Assembly: GCF_001186125.1 (NCBI RefSeq)
Contig: NW_014040431.1
Span: forward strand, 33,656-97,655
Direction of reading: 5' to 3'
Source of the DNA: Sphaeroforma arctica JP610
Taxonomy: Eukaryota
DNA length: 64,000 nucleotides
The notes beneath the pieces were generated by a model. It worked only from the letters and a program-made list of their open reading frames with translations. It had not been told where the DNA came from and made no database searches. How positions within the stretch are numbered: position 1 is the stretch's first letter; every line of letters begins with the position of its first letter. The translations under genes were made by a program, and so were the position numbers. Positions 48,666 through 64,000 of the stretch are shown here, in pieces.

Positions 48666-49703
48666 ATGTTGTACTCAATCATCACAGTGGCCGTGTGCCT
48701 TGTAAGCAGCGTCAATAGCGTTTCTTTGCAACAAGTAAATACTAACCTCCCCGATGGTGTGGATCGGTTCAACGGCCCAGTCATAGGAGTATTAGCCGAA
48801 CCCTACTGTATCTCCTTAGACCCCAAGAAAGCCGGGTTTAACCATGGTTGTGAACAATCACCCCAGTCTGGGGTAGATGTTTGGGCCTACAAATACCTCG
48901 AAGCAGCAGGTGCGAGGGTAATTGGCATTCCCTATAACATACCTGAAGCAGAAGTACACCAATTGTTCGATCAAATGCACGGTGTATACTTCCCTGGAGG
49001 TGATGCCAGTCTCGAGTACGATTCGCAGTACTACAAGACAGCTAATATTCTGTTCAAACGAGCAAAAGAAGCTAACGATGCTGGTATTCACTTCCCTATC
49101 CTGGGTATCTGCATGGGCTTCCAATTGCTTACCGTGTTGCAATCGCAAGACTACAGCGTGCTTGAACACGGAGTGTATGATTCACATGGAGTGCTATTCC
49201 AGCTCGAACGTACGGAGGAGACCCAGGACAGTCGTCTTTTGGGCCAAAACGCTCCCAAACTGGTCACCGACCACTTCTACAACACCCCGTCCACTGCGAA
49301 CTTCCACTACGATGGCATCACCATGGAGAACTACGCTAAGAATGAACATTTGAACGAGTTCTATCGAGTTGTAAGCACAAATCACGATCTCAAGGGAAGG
49401 CCGTTTGTATCTACTGTAGAAGCTTACGACTACCCCTTCTACGGATTGCAATGGCACCCTGAAGGCGTGCAATTCAGTTGGTCTCCGCATTCCATGTTTG
49501 TTGACCGTACCATGGAGAGCATCATGTCTGTGCAGTACCTTGCTAACTTCTTTATAGGAGAAGCGCGCAAGTGCTCGCACCCGAATGTGGATAATAGCTT
49601 GACGCTCGACTCGTTGTATCTGTACAATCAGCAACCGGTGATAAAGGGCAACAGTTCGGCGGTGTACCTCTTTGTGCGCGACAATAGTGCTCTGGACGCC
49701 TGA
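48666..49703 (+). CDS. GGH: Gamma-glutamyl hydrolase (peptidase C26, class I glutamine amidotransferase fold), intronless, with signal peptide
   Basis: PVIGVL, YLEAAGARVIGIPY, GVYFPGG, nucleophile GICMGFQ, FVSTVEAYDYPFYGLQWHPE, LANFFIGEARK. The ATG at 48666 begins a hydrophobic signal peptide. Confidence 0.93.
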   Translation: MLYSIITVAVCLVSSVNSVSLQQVNTNLPDGVDRFNGPVIGVLAEPYCISLDPKKAGFNHGCEQSPQSGVDVWAYKYLEAAGARVIGIPYNIPEAEVHQLFDQMHGVYFPGGDASLEYDSQYYKTANILFKRAKEANDAGIHFPILGICMGFQLLTVLQSQDYSVLEHGVYDSHGVLFQLERTEETQDSRLLGQNAPKLVTDHFYNTPSTANFHYDGITMENYAKNEHLNEFYRVVSTNHDLKGRPFVSTVEAYDYPFYGLQWHPEGVQFSWSPHSMFVDRTMESIMSVQYLANFFIGEARKCSHPNVDNSLTLDSLYLYNQQPVIKGNSSAVYLFVRDNSALDA

Positions 49704-51300
49704 ATGATATCAAGGTCTGTTGCTTAGCAACGGTAGCGGATAGTGGAGTGCGAGGGACCATGACTGGTATGCATATACTCATACTAGTATGTAATGTAAG
49801 GCACTTGTGTGCGGATAGAATTCGTATAGTATAGTAGATTCACCTGATTGGAAGTCCTGGGCGTCTGACAACACCTAATCGTCTAACCGAGCTAATTGAG
49901 GTCTGATAATGTATCTCGATTGCTTGCGGTGCACTAGGGTACCCTCGACAGGGAATGTTTAGACGTAGACCCTGATAGAGACAACGCAATCTAAATAAAC
50001 GATCTTGGACTCTATAACAAGCTGGGACAAATTTGTATTTGAATGCGAGTTCTTATGTGTACATTGGGTACGCTGGATATATGGCTGTTCACCCCAATAT
50101 TGTTTGGGGTTGGAACAGACGTTCTTGACTGAAAGTGTGAAGTGTTGGTCTTCTGCGTGTGCATTTACCATCATGTAGATCAGTGATTTTATTAAGATTT
50201 AGGTACTTTGAATAGTAAGGTTCATATTTATATTTACAACAGCATCTCTTTGTACACGTATACCAATGTGAACAAATATGAATCCATATATGAATTTAAG
50301 TACAGATACATATATGCAGACATGTGTGATTGAGATCACCGAACCCTGCTCATAGTGCGTGCATCGTTGTACGTGTGACAAAATTGATTGCCATTATCTG
50401 CGTAAATTAAACAAGGATGCAAATACATGACACATAAACCTTATTGAGTATAAAATTATTGCTTACACATAATATATATATATATATATATATATNNNNN
50501 NNNNNNNNNNNNNNNNNNNNNNNNNNNNNNNNNNNNNNNNNNNNNNNNNNNNNNNNNNNNNNNNNNNNNNNNNNNNNNNNNNNNNNNNNNNNNNNNNNNN
50601 NNNNNNNNNNNNNNNNNNNNNNNNNNNNNNNNNNNNNNNNNNNNNNNNNNNNNNNNNNNNNNNNNNNNNNNNNNNNNNNNNNNNNNNNNNNNNNNNNNNN
50701 NNNNNNNNNNNNNNNNNNNNNNNNNNNNNNNNNNNNNNNNNNNNNNNNNNNNNNNNNNNNNNNNNNNNNNNNNNNNNNNNNNNNNNNNNNNNNNNNNNNN
50801 NNNNNNNNNNNNNNNNNNNNNNNNNNNNNNNNNNNNNNNNNNNNNNNNNNNNNNNNNNNNNNNNNNNNNNNNNNNNNNNNNNNNNNNNNNNNNNNNNNNN
50901 NNNNNNNNNNNNNNNNNNNNNNNNNNNNNNNNNNNNNNNNNNNNNNNNNNNNNNNNNNNNNNNNNNNNNNNNNNNNNNNNNNNNNNNNNNNNNNNNNNNN
51001 NNNNNNNNNNNNNNNNNNNNNNNNNNNNNNNNNNNNNNNNNNNNNNNNNNNNNNNNNNNNNNNNNNNNNNNNNNNNNNNNNNNNNNNNNNNNNNNNNNNN
51101 NNNNNNNNNNNNNNNNNNNNNNNNNNNNNNNNNNNNNNNNNNNNNNNNNNNNNNNNNNNNNNNNNNNNNNNNNNNNNNNNNNNNNNNNNNNNNNNNNNNN
51201 NNNNNNNNNNNNNNNNNNNNNNNNNNNNNNNNNNNNNNNNNNNNNNNNNNNNNNNNNNNNNNNNNNNNNNNNNNNNNNNNNTATATATATATTATATATA

Positions 51301-51439
<139 letters not shown>

Positions 51440-52067
51440 AATATATAATGATATAGAAAAGAGTATAGAAGTATGAGACTAATAATATATTCACATGGAA
51501 TATAGAAGTATGAGAGGTCTACGTTAAACGTACAGCATGTTTGTCAAAAACTATGGGTCATTTGTTTGGCAATTGTATTCTCTGACTAAGGGATCATTAT
51601 CAACCAAACTCATAACAGAACTTGCACTACAATTGAATTGGATTACTCTTCAATCGCATAATACTATACTATCAAACGACAGCAGATTTCGAGTACATAA
51701 ACTGAATTTCACATCTGTGCTACATGGCTTTCGAGTTGTTCATAACAACCGCTATCTACATTGTTGTTGAATTTTTGATATAGACAGGGTTGTCTATAGT
51801 CTTTGTGCCTAAACTGTCGTTGTTTTCATTGTCCGAAAGTTTTTAGAGTGCACATCCAAACAGGATCAACTCTGGGACCACATCCTAGTAAGGTGGACCT
51901 AAAGTTTTGACTATCGACATAGTAAGGTTCAAGCGCCATTTCCTGAGTAGTTTAGTGGTGATTTTATTGCTAATTCGTACCTACAAGGTACATGATCTAT
52001 CCACCCTTGCATTCATAAATACATACATACAAGCATGGTATATATATACTATGTACACATGTCCCTT

Positions 52068-54784
<2,717 letters not shown>

Positions 54785-57304
54785 AGTTATTTAGTATATA
54801 TATGTGTCTATGAAGTGTATGGGGTATTATCTCGTGAAGCTGGTACAACTGATAGATAGCAAAACTGAGACTCAATTACAAAGAACCGTCGTGTATTAAC
54901 AAAGTTGCTATACGTTGCTGCTATTCAATTCGGACATCTACAGAGTATCTGGCGGTCCTATTTTAACTTTAGCAGGTTGGTTTTTTTTGCAGACTGTATT
55001 TTTATTTTCTACGCCTTCCACGAGATGGGAGAGTCGGAGAAGTCAAGAGTGTACCACAACTGGTAATAATAATCTATGAATCTGAATAGAGATAACCCGG
55101 CTACAGATTGTATCTGCTGTCTCCAAATCCAATCTCCATCCCTGTTTATTACTTTATATCGAGAGGTATCTATCAAGGTGTCAGGAATAGTGTTTTTAGT
55201 GTGAATTGTGCAAGCAGCCAAGCAGATTACGTATTGATCAATTTAACTTTTACTTCAGGGTACCCTCGACAATCCTGGGCGCACATAGCCTCCATTCCCA
55301 TATAATTTTTTTTTGGAAAAATCTCGTTGTTAAAAACGTATCCGCACCCGAATACGCAATACGCAACGTCGAGATTGTGTCGATAAGCGGATGATTCCTA
55401 TTGGCTCCACGCCTACTGTAAATATTTTCTCTTACACAATACTATTTTTTTTCTTCAAAGGAGCAGGCCATAGCCTTTTGAAAATTAGACACAGAAGGCT
55501 ATGTGAGCCGGCGGACTGCAATCTGCAGACCGACCCCGTCTGCAATTCTGCATCAGCCAGCACCCCCCAACTCATGGCTCTAACTCGAGGCTCGAGGGCC
55601 GAGGGCCACTCGGCCTCCGAGGCTCAAAGTCGAAAGTTGGGGTAAAGATAGACACAATAGTTCATATTTTTAATACTACAATTGTGGACTTGTGGCCAAA
55701 ATCAAAAAGTGAGCTTATATATCAATATGTCTGTATGAAAACTTGAATATTATAAGAAAGGCGTGAGGCTAGATTGGAGCCTGAAGGACAGTGGGTGAGG
55801 TTATGATTTGTGTGAGTTGCGTGATGTGTGATTTTTAAGTTACGAATGCTGACGTTTGACAGAAATCTGCTGACTGGAGGAAACAGCGTCAGCCTTTAAC
55901 AATGTATTTGTTATACAGACGCAAGGAATTGTATTGCCCTGCCAGAATCTCATTGCTCTCACAACCATAAATTACCATGCTTGAGAACATAGACCAAATG
56001 GTAAATTGGCGAAGATGCATTGAGAGATATACAACGATTAGGTACCATGAGATTGTAGTCGCGGCGGGTGCGCACTCTTTCAAAGCTGTATGTGAAGGAA
56101 TACATCGCCAATCCTTTGTTGAAGCATATATCAGATGCATTTGTTGCGTTTCCTCACCTTGCGCAAGTATAAAGTGCGCATCACAGCCAATCTGGGTATG
56201 TTTATTTTAAAAACCTGTATTCGTGTAACAAGTTGTGCGGTGAGGAGAAAGACGCCGATGACATATTCGGAGGCACCAAGATTTGCGCACCGATTTGGCA
56301 TAAAACAGTATTGCATAGGATGTCCACACGATGCGCCAATCATACAAGGAGCTACGTTTTACACTAAAGACTATCCAGTTTATCATATTATGGTATAGCT
56401 GACATGCACCTAAAATTATGTGTAGGCTTGTTGGTGTCTGGAGATCTAGCGGTCCATTCCACCAGAAAGGACATCCAAAATATATTGCACAATCTCATCC
56501 CAACATACTATAATAAATAAAACTCGAATTTTGAGTACGTATATGATGACAGACGCTTCACATCAACATTTAAAACCATTCCGTTGTATTTTCTGCTAAC
56601 AGTTTTCCGTCTGAAACGTCAGGGTATTGCTAGTTGACGAATTGAGCGCAAATGATGACTATACTTCTTTCGAGTACCCCAATTTCATTTAGATTCATAT
56701 TTGAAGCGCTTCGTGTTGATATCCTTTCATTGGTTTTACATGAAATACCCAAAAAGAGGGACTTTATAGCACAACGAGAATGTTGCATTCCCTATCAGAG
56801 ATTGTAATCATAAAAGCCTATACCAGAAACCAAATACTACTAATACACGACCACCAATTCAAAACGTTATTGCCGAGTAGACTCGCTGCCCAGCATTCTT
56901 GTTTACCTGTCTATGTCACAATCAAATCTAGAACAGACCAGCAAAGTAATGTAGGATACGTTTAAATACATCTTGTCAATAGCTAGTGAAAGGGGCACGC
57001 CTCCATTAGTGAAACGCATTTAGCGAACCAGTCTATCGCTTGCTGTGTGATAGTGTAGAATAATTGGCCCCACAATGTCTGTCATGGCCAGTGAGATCAA
57101 CATGCGAGGTTCTTGTCGAGCATGTGGGACAGCTTACCGTAAGGGAGTGACGATGCAACATCTCGACCCAGAATGAAAGTTGTACATAGAATAAAAGTTA
57201 TACATATAGTGAATGCAGTTTAAGGAACCAAGGCACATGTACCGATATTTGTACACCCTTTATTTTGAAAAACGCTCACTCCCTAACCAATTGCACGCAT
57301 CAAG

Positions 57305-60300
57305 ATGGCTGTTCTATCCCAAGTTATATCTGGATTTATTTCTAGTCTGTCAGTGCGGAGTGTTCTCCTGTCGGTCTTGATGGTATGCATGGCGTCGTAT
57401 CTGTGCCGGCAACTCCGAGATTCTATCCGTGGTAAAAGCCGAGCCCTTATACAAGGACCACCAAAACGTCTAATTGTCGGCAATACTCTCGGTAGGTATA
57501 TACTAGTCCTCGTTCATCTGCCCACTCATACTACGGGTGGTATAGAAATCGAAGTGAATACACGCACGAGTTTAGAACCGGTATATATTTCAATTTGCTT
57601 GTGTGTATCAGTTTGAATTTCTTGTGTCCGTCTATTCTGATTCAAATTCTACCAGTGCGTTTTCTAACCTTCTATCGACACAACTCACAGAACTGCTGAG
57701 CAACCTGCATAGACTAAATGAGTACTTCGTGGATTTAACCAAGCAATACGGTCGGACCTTCCCGCTTACCTTATTTGGAAGACCCACCACCCACGTCACA
57801 TCCGACCCCGCTGTCATCGAGCACGGTATGGAACGCGTTTATCCTCTGTCTACTATATCCAAAGCGAGCTTTTGTATCGCTAGCCTGTGGGATCGTCTAG
57901 ACTACCATGTCTCATTCATTCCGTACATCGCGATAGAATAAACAAGAGCCATAGCTCGGTTTACCATGCTCACTGCATATGGCGGTATCACATAGGTACA
58001 GGATTGTCCAGACTCTCAAGTCCCAACCATGCGTCTAGTCTTGAAACATTGTTAGTATGGCCAGCGCTACCACTCTATCTACTGCGCTCATAGCTATAGT
58101 TCAAATACGGTGTAACTGGCTTATACGCTCATCCAGTATACACTATTGATCCGTCCTAGTGGATATACGGTTCCTGTCAGGGTGCTAGTTTCCACTGTAC
58201 AGCCTATACCATGCCCACTGCGGACCCAGGGCTGCGATAGTTTGTACTGTAAATTCTAGTTCTAGCAGGCGAGTTTATCTACAGATACGGGTGCTTTGGG
58301 TTATATCCATGTGAACACATATCATTCTACAGACTCAGGTGTATTTTAAGGAAGTGGAAGTGAAAGTCGGGCGAGTTTGTCCATCCGCCTCATCGAACCC
58401 ACATCTTTGCAGAGGTTTAATATCCTGATAAGTATGATGCATATAGTATCTCGTGAGATGTAGTCGAATCAAGTCACATAAGTATTGCCTTAACATCCAC
58501 ATCAACGTTCTATCATGCTAAACAGTGCTGAAGACCAATTTCCTCGGTTATGGGAAGGGCCTGAGATTCCACAGCATATTCGAGTGCCTACTGGGTGATG
58601 GGTAAGATACTACTGTGAATGGATCGTTTCAACACGTTCTATAGATGTGTGTATTTGCGATACTTCCACTCTTGTAGCAGGCGATGTAAGGCTGTATGCG
58701 GCCCGGTGTGGAAGTATAGGCAGAATGTTCGTACACCAAGCAGCTGATGTCCCTGATGGATGTCTCGCACAAGTGTTCACATAAGACAACGCAAACAGAG
58801 CTGTCGATTTGAAACCGAGAAGGTTGGGCGTGTTGGTTGATCTCGTAATGTGACTTTACGTACGAGTGTGTGTGGAGATGTACGATGTATTTGATTCGAA
58901 TAATGAGACTATACGTAGGAGTGTGTGCGGAGATGTATGGTATATTTGATTCGAAAGTTCGAATCAGCTCAACAGACCCTAGCACAAGAATATCACTGTA
59001 CATGGCGTTTAATATGAGAAAAAATCAGCAATGCTTCTCACAAACTGTTATAGAATGCGTTCTTATACACGCTGATATATAGTGGCTTCTTAATTGTCTA
59101 TGCTTGACTCTGTGGACACTACATATCTGCCGTCAGAGGGTCCTTTCCGGTTACTTCCAGTTGCACCCGATGCAATACACACGCACTCGATAGATATCAT
59201 TTGTGGTGTGGTGTCAAGGGTTCGCATGCAAGCGACCACAAATAGTACTTATGCATAGTAGCATTGACCAGTATTCAAACAGCCACACACAAGGCCTCGA
59301 GCATAATACCAAACTCAGACTGTCGTGCACCCTTGCCGCAGTGTGTGTACCAATAACTAGCTAGGTATGAGCGTATTGGTGTATGCACCAATATCCAGCT
59401 AGGTAAAAGCGTATGGGCGTATGCAAGAGATACTCAAGTACACCCCTGAGCATCCACAACACCTGTTGATTGTATACGTACCTCCGCTATACGACACTCA
59501 TATGTGTCACATATGTCATCACACAGAACTCATAGATGCGACTATGCCAATGGTACCATGTCACTACAAGTCAGAATGTGACCTGACACTAGTTTACAAA
59601 AGCATCGCTGGTTTCTCCTCACACTTTACAGCATATTCAATGCCGATGGCGAAACATGGGTTCACCAGAGAAAGGTATGCATGTATAAGTGTAGTGTATA
59701 TCATATGATGCATATTATATGTACAAGTATAGGAGTATATCATATGATATATATCTTATTTCCTATGTGTAATAGTATATGATATGATACATACCATATG
59801 CACAAGCATAGGAGTATATCATATGATACATATGACATGTATAGGAATAGGAGTACAACATATGATAAATATCATATTTATAAGTATAGATACATACCAT
59901 AATATAAATATAGGAGGATATAAGATAGTAGTATATTATATGATACACACCGTATTATAAATATAGGAGTATATATCATATGTGTAAGTATATGAGTATA
60001 TCATATAAAACATATCGTGTGTATGGGTATAAGAGTGTACTCGCATGGTACATATCATATGTATAGGTATAGGAGACATACAATTCCTACATATACATTC
60101 TAACTTACAATCTCATCTATATCAAAATCTATACATACATTCAAACTTACAATCTCATCTATATCAAAATCCACACTTGCAATCCCCATATATACATTCC
60201 AACTTACAATCTTATCTATATCAAAATCCACACTTGCAATCCCCATATATACATTCCAACTTACAATCTCATCTATATCAAAATCCATACACCTTTCAAA

Positions 60301-61066
60301 CTTACAATCTCATATATATCAAAATCCACACATACATTCAAACTTACAATCTCATCTAACTTGCAATCCCCATATATGCATTCTAACTTACAATCTCATC
60401 GATATGAAAACCCTTATATACATTCTAACTTACAATTTCCTTATATACATTCTAAATTGCAATCTCATCTATATCAAATCTATACATACATTTAACTTAC
60501 AATCTCATCTAACATACAGTTTATATATATACATACACATATATGTATATATATATATATAAATATATATATATATTTATAAATATATATATATATATAT
60601 TTATATTCTACCTTACAATCGCATCGATATCAATTCTTACACATACACTTCAACTTACAATATCATCTGTAACATTATCTACATATACATTCAGTCAACA
60701 ATCTCATCTGACCTACCTTACAATCTCATCTGTGCATCCACATCACATACAATTCCTACAAATACATTCTAACCTACAATCTCATCATTTCTACATATGT
60801 ATTCTATTTTACAATATCATCTATACAATCTATATACAATTCTTAAATGTACACACGAACAAGTATTTTAAACCTTCCCATCGTTTACCCATTAATCTCT
60901 ACCCCCACAAACAGATTGCCAGCCACATGTTCAGTGTCAAAAAGTTCTCGCAACATATGGATCACGTTTTCCAGGATCATGCGCTTCAGGTGTGTGTCTG
61001 CTTGGGATGTAGACGTTGTATGGAGGAAGCTATGATTCGGGTTGTAAGGAAGTGTGACATAAAACG

Positions 61067-61104
<38 letters not shown>

Positions 61105-63749
61105 TATATATATGTATATATATATANNNNNNNNNNNNNNNNNNNNTCATCGTAATAACTTCGTATAGCATACATTATACGAAGTTATACGAATATATAT
61201 ATATATATATATATAAACACCTTTTCCCCTCACAACTGCGGATCCACCACACGTGCAGGTTGCCGCCAGACTGAGCAAATGTGCCGAGGCTCAGGCGACT
61301 CTGGATATTCAACAGCTGATGCTGTGCTACACCCTGGACTCTATCACAGCCATTGCGTTCGGCGAAAGGTTTGCTTTGCATATGTTTGTTTGTATCGCTC
61401 CTATGGTTGTCTGTGACCTACTGCCAGCCAAGGGTTTCCCTAAACCCTAAACCCTAAACCCTATTATAGCCAAGCAGAGTGATAGTACGGTTGTAATGTA
61501 GGCCAGTTCTCACTGATCTGAGCTTAGGGGCGCTATTGTTGTAAATGGCCTATCTGGTGCACACGCTGATCGCAGTGAGAAACGAATAGTTCAGTCCGGC
61601 TTGGGATACCTTGCTTTCAGTCTTTTTTAATATAGAGTTTAATTATCAGTAAATACACACTGACTGTATTTATTGTCTAAACTTTGGCTTAATGTGTACA
61701 CTTGTACATGCCACGTAGTATGGTGTACATGTGTCGCACCTTTTCTTCTATACACATACACGTTGTTGTCACGAGCGTGCCTCCACTAAACACAGTCGCC
61801 ATCCATCACTACGTACACATATACTTGCATATATAACTACAAGTATTAATGCATACACCAACATATACATATACAACTACATGCAATAATACGTACAGAT
61901 ATACATATATTCATAACTACATGTATAAATACCTACACGTATACATACATATATAACTACACTATCAATATGTAACATACATAAAAAACAACATGTATCA
62001 ATGCGTACACAGACACACACGTATTCAACTACATGTACTACTACATACATGTTTTGATACATTCATAACTACAGTTTCAATACGTACATGCACTATCGCG
62101 AGAATACTAATACACAAATCAGTATCGTACCTCACGTTCATTCCGTTCCATTATACACACAGCATGGGCAGCCTGCTCACGGACACCCCCGTCGCCTTCG
62201 CAGCCTCTTTCGATCGAGCATGCAAGCTGTTGTAAGTGAAGTACTCTGACGTGACATGGACTGCATTAACCGGTGTATGGTATAATCTGAAACAAGTGCT
62301 ACTGTATTATACACATACTACTGTACGATACACATACTACTGCATGTCTGTATTGTATGTACTACTGTATGATACACATACTACTGTATGTCTGTATGTA
62401 CTCTTGTATGATACACATACTACTGTATGTCTGTATTTACTACTATATGGTACACATACTACTGTATGTTTGTATGTACAGCTGTATGATACACATGCTA
62501 CTGTATGTCTGTATGTACTACTGTATGATACACATACTACTGTATGTCTGTATGTACTACTGTATGATATACATATGTCGGGCGTGTTTGTTAAACGCAG
62601 CCATAGGTCTGCCATGCCCCCCTGCATTGCAGCAAGGCTATGGAATGATATTTTATAGAACGCCTATGTCGATCGTGGTTAATGCGTTATGTTCAGGGTG
62701 TGATGTGTAACGTTTTGGACTATAGGTACCTATTGTAATTCACTACTGCCTTCGCCGATATGGCATGAAAGCTATCGCAAGTAACCTTACCATCAGATCA
62801 TTTGTGGAGCGTGCTGTCTCTGCGTTGCCATGACAACAGCGTATGTGCAGTGGTGCGTATCAGATGAGGTGTGAATTACGCGAAAATGTCGTGTCCGCGA
62901 GCGAGCGCCTAAATACCTGCGATACGATCTCAGAAAACACTGAAACACAGATGTTCAGGCGGTCAACCACCCGATGTACTGACAATGACGTGACGCGCAA
63001 TACAGTTACCATCTACTACCAGAGATAGTATCGATGTACATACGGCAGGGCTGCATACGTTCATACTCACGTACAGTTGATACTAACTTACAAACAGTTC
63101 CATACGTTCACGTTCACGTTTTCTGGATGTCTGTACTGTGTGAATACCCAGCTGGTTATGTACGATGACTAACCTCCAGTCTCCGCTTCTTCTGGCCTTT
63201 GACAGAGTGTCCGCCCGTGCCCCACTTCCGGTGTGGGTATGTTCGGTACTTGCGTCATAGCTTTCAGATATGTTTTTAGCTATTGTGGCAGCTAGATTTG
63301 GCTACTTTTAGCTCTTTTCAGCTATTTTCAGCTATTCATATCTATACATCTCTATACGCGGTGCTTTCAAAACCCATGTACCAATTGATGGTAATGCACA
63401 TATTCGCAGACGCAGTCGATCATACACAAAGACAATGCGCAGGGACATAGTATCCGCCTTGACTACACACACACACACAAACATATATATATATATATAT
63501 ATATATATCTATGTAGTTTTAAATCTATATCCATATCTATATATATCTTCTCACTTCAGCGCACACTACATGAAGGTATAAATCAAACAAATACTGATAC
63601 GTGCACCCAATACCAAACAGCTTTGGAAGGTTGCATGCTTCTTGGGCTTGCCGTGTGAAAGAGAGATAGCCGCGTGTGTAAAGGCACTCGATACGTTTGC
63701 GGGCGAGATCATAGGCCGACGGTTGGAGCGAGTGGAAACGGGCGACAAC
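57305..63749 (+). CDS. Cytochrome P450 (CYP86/94/704-like), 5' part running off the window; exons 57305-57491, 57691-57825, 58526-58601, 59632-59674, 60915-60989, 61259-61368, 62163-62231, 63206-63236, 63621-63749
   Basis: N-terminal TM anchor, GPPKRLIVGN, TSDPAVIEHVLKTNF..YGKG, LLGDGIFNADGETWVHQRKIASHMFS, LDIQQLMLCYTLDSITAIAFG, FAASFDRA. Phases are consistent; the heme motif is beyond the window. Confidence 0.88.
60090..60510. repeat. Intronic minisatellite (~57-bp and shorter units, core ACTTACAATCTCATCTATATCAAAATC)
   Basis: Repeated units read directly, inside a CYP intron. Confidence 0.85.
61151..61192 (+). other. Roche 454 paired-end linker containing loxP (61155-61188); sequencing artefact
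   Basis: CGTAATAACTTCGTATAGCATACATTATACGAAGTTATACGA next to an N-gap; contains a perfect 34-bp loxP. Confidence 0.95.
61438..61463 (+). repeat. Short interstitial (CCCTAAA)3+ telomere-like repeat
   Basis: CCCTAAACCCTAAACCCTAAACCCTA within a CYP intron. Confidence 0.7.
62330..62570. repeat. 39-bp intronic minisatellite (TGTATGTACTACTGTATGATACACATACTACTGTATGTC)
   Basis: About six tandem units read directly. Confidence 0.85.
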
Positions 63750-64000
63750 GTATGTAGATGCCGCGCGCGTGCGTGTGTGTATGTGGTGGTACATGTGTGT
63801 AGCTATTTATATATAGTATATGTGTTTATATTTGTACAGTTATAATTTTATACAGAAAAAGATCTATATATAGTATTTGTTTATATTTGTACAGTTACAA
63901 CTAAACAGAATAAGATCTATATATAGTATATGTGTTTTAATTGTAGACAGAATAATATCTATATATAGTATATGTGTTTATATTTGTACAGTTAAAATTA

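Noticed and set aside
61155..61188. loxP as a natural recombination system or P1 phage remnant
   Set aside because: It sits in the exact 454 linker next to a gap, with no Cre or phage genes nearby.

Overview
Eukaryotic draft-assembly window with spliceosomal GT-AG introns, TA/CA microsatellites, five N-gaps and a leftover 454 paired-end linker. Gene content is compatible with a unicellular holozoan such as an ichthyosporean, but that is inference only. Host genes: a class C (7tm_3)-like membrane receptor, eIF2-beta (7 exons, -), an antistasin-repeat secreted protein, gamma-glutamyl hydrolase, a Rho GTPase (4 exons, -) and the 5' part of a CYP86/94/704-like cytochrome P450. The 16.5-28.8 kb region is a transposon nest: an APE-type LINE is split by a piggyBac-like element with CTAG target duplication, which is itself interrupted by a Ty3/Gypsy LTR element, with a related solo LTR nearby. 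The best finding is that the Gypsy pol carries a phage-Dam/DIRS-type N6-adenine DNA methyltransferase-like domain (DIFA...NPPW) in frame right after its Ty3-type RNase H and before a DDE integrase.
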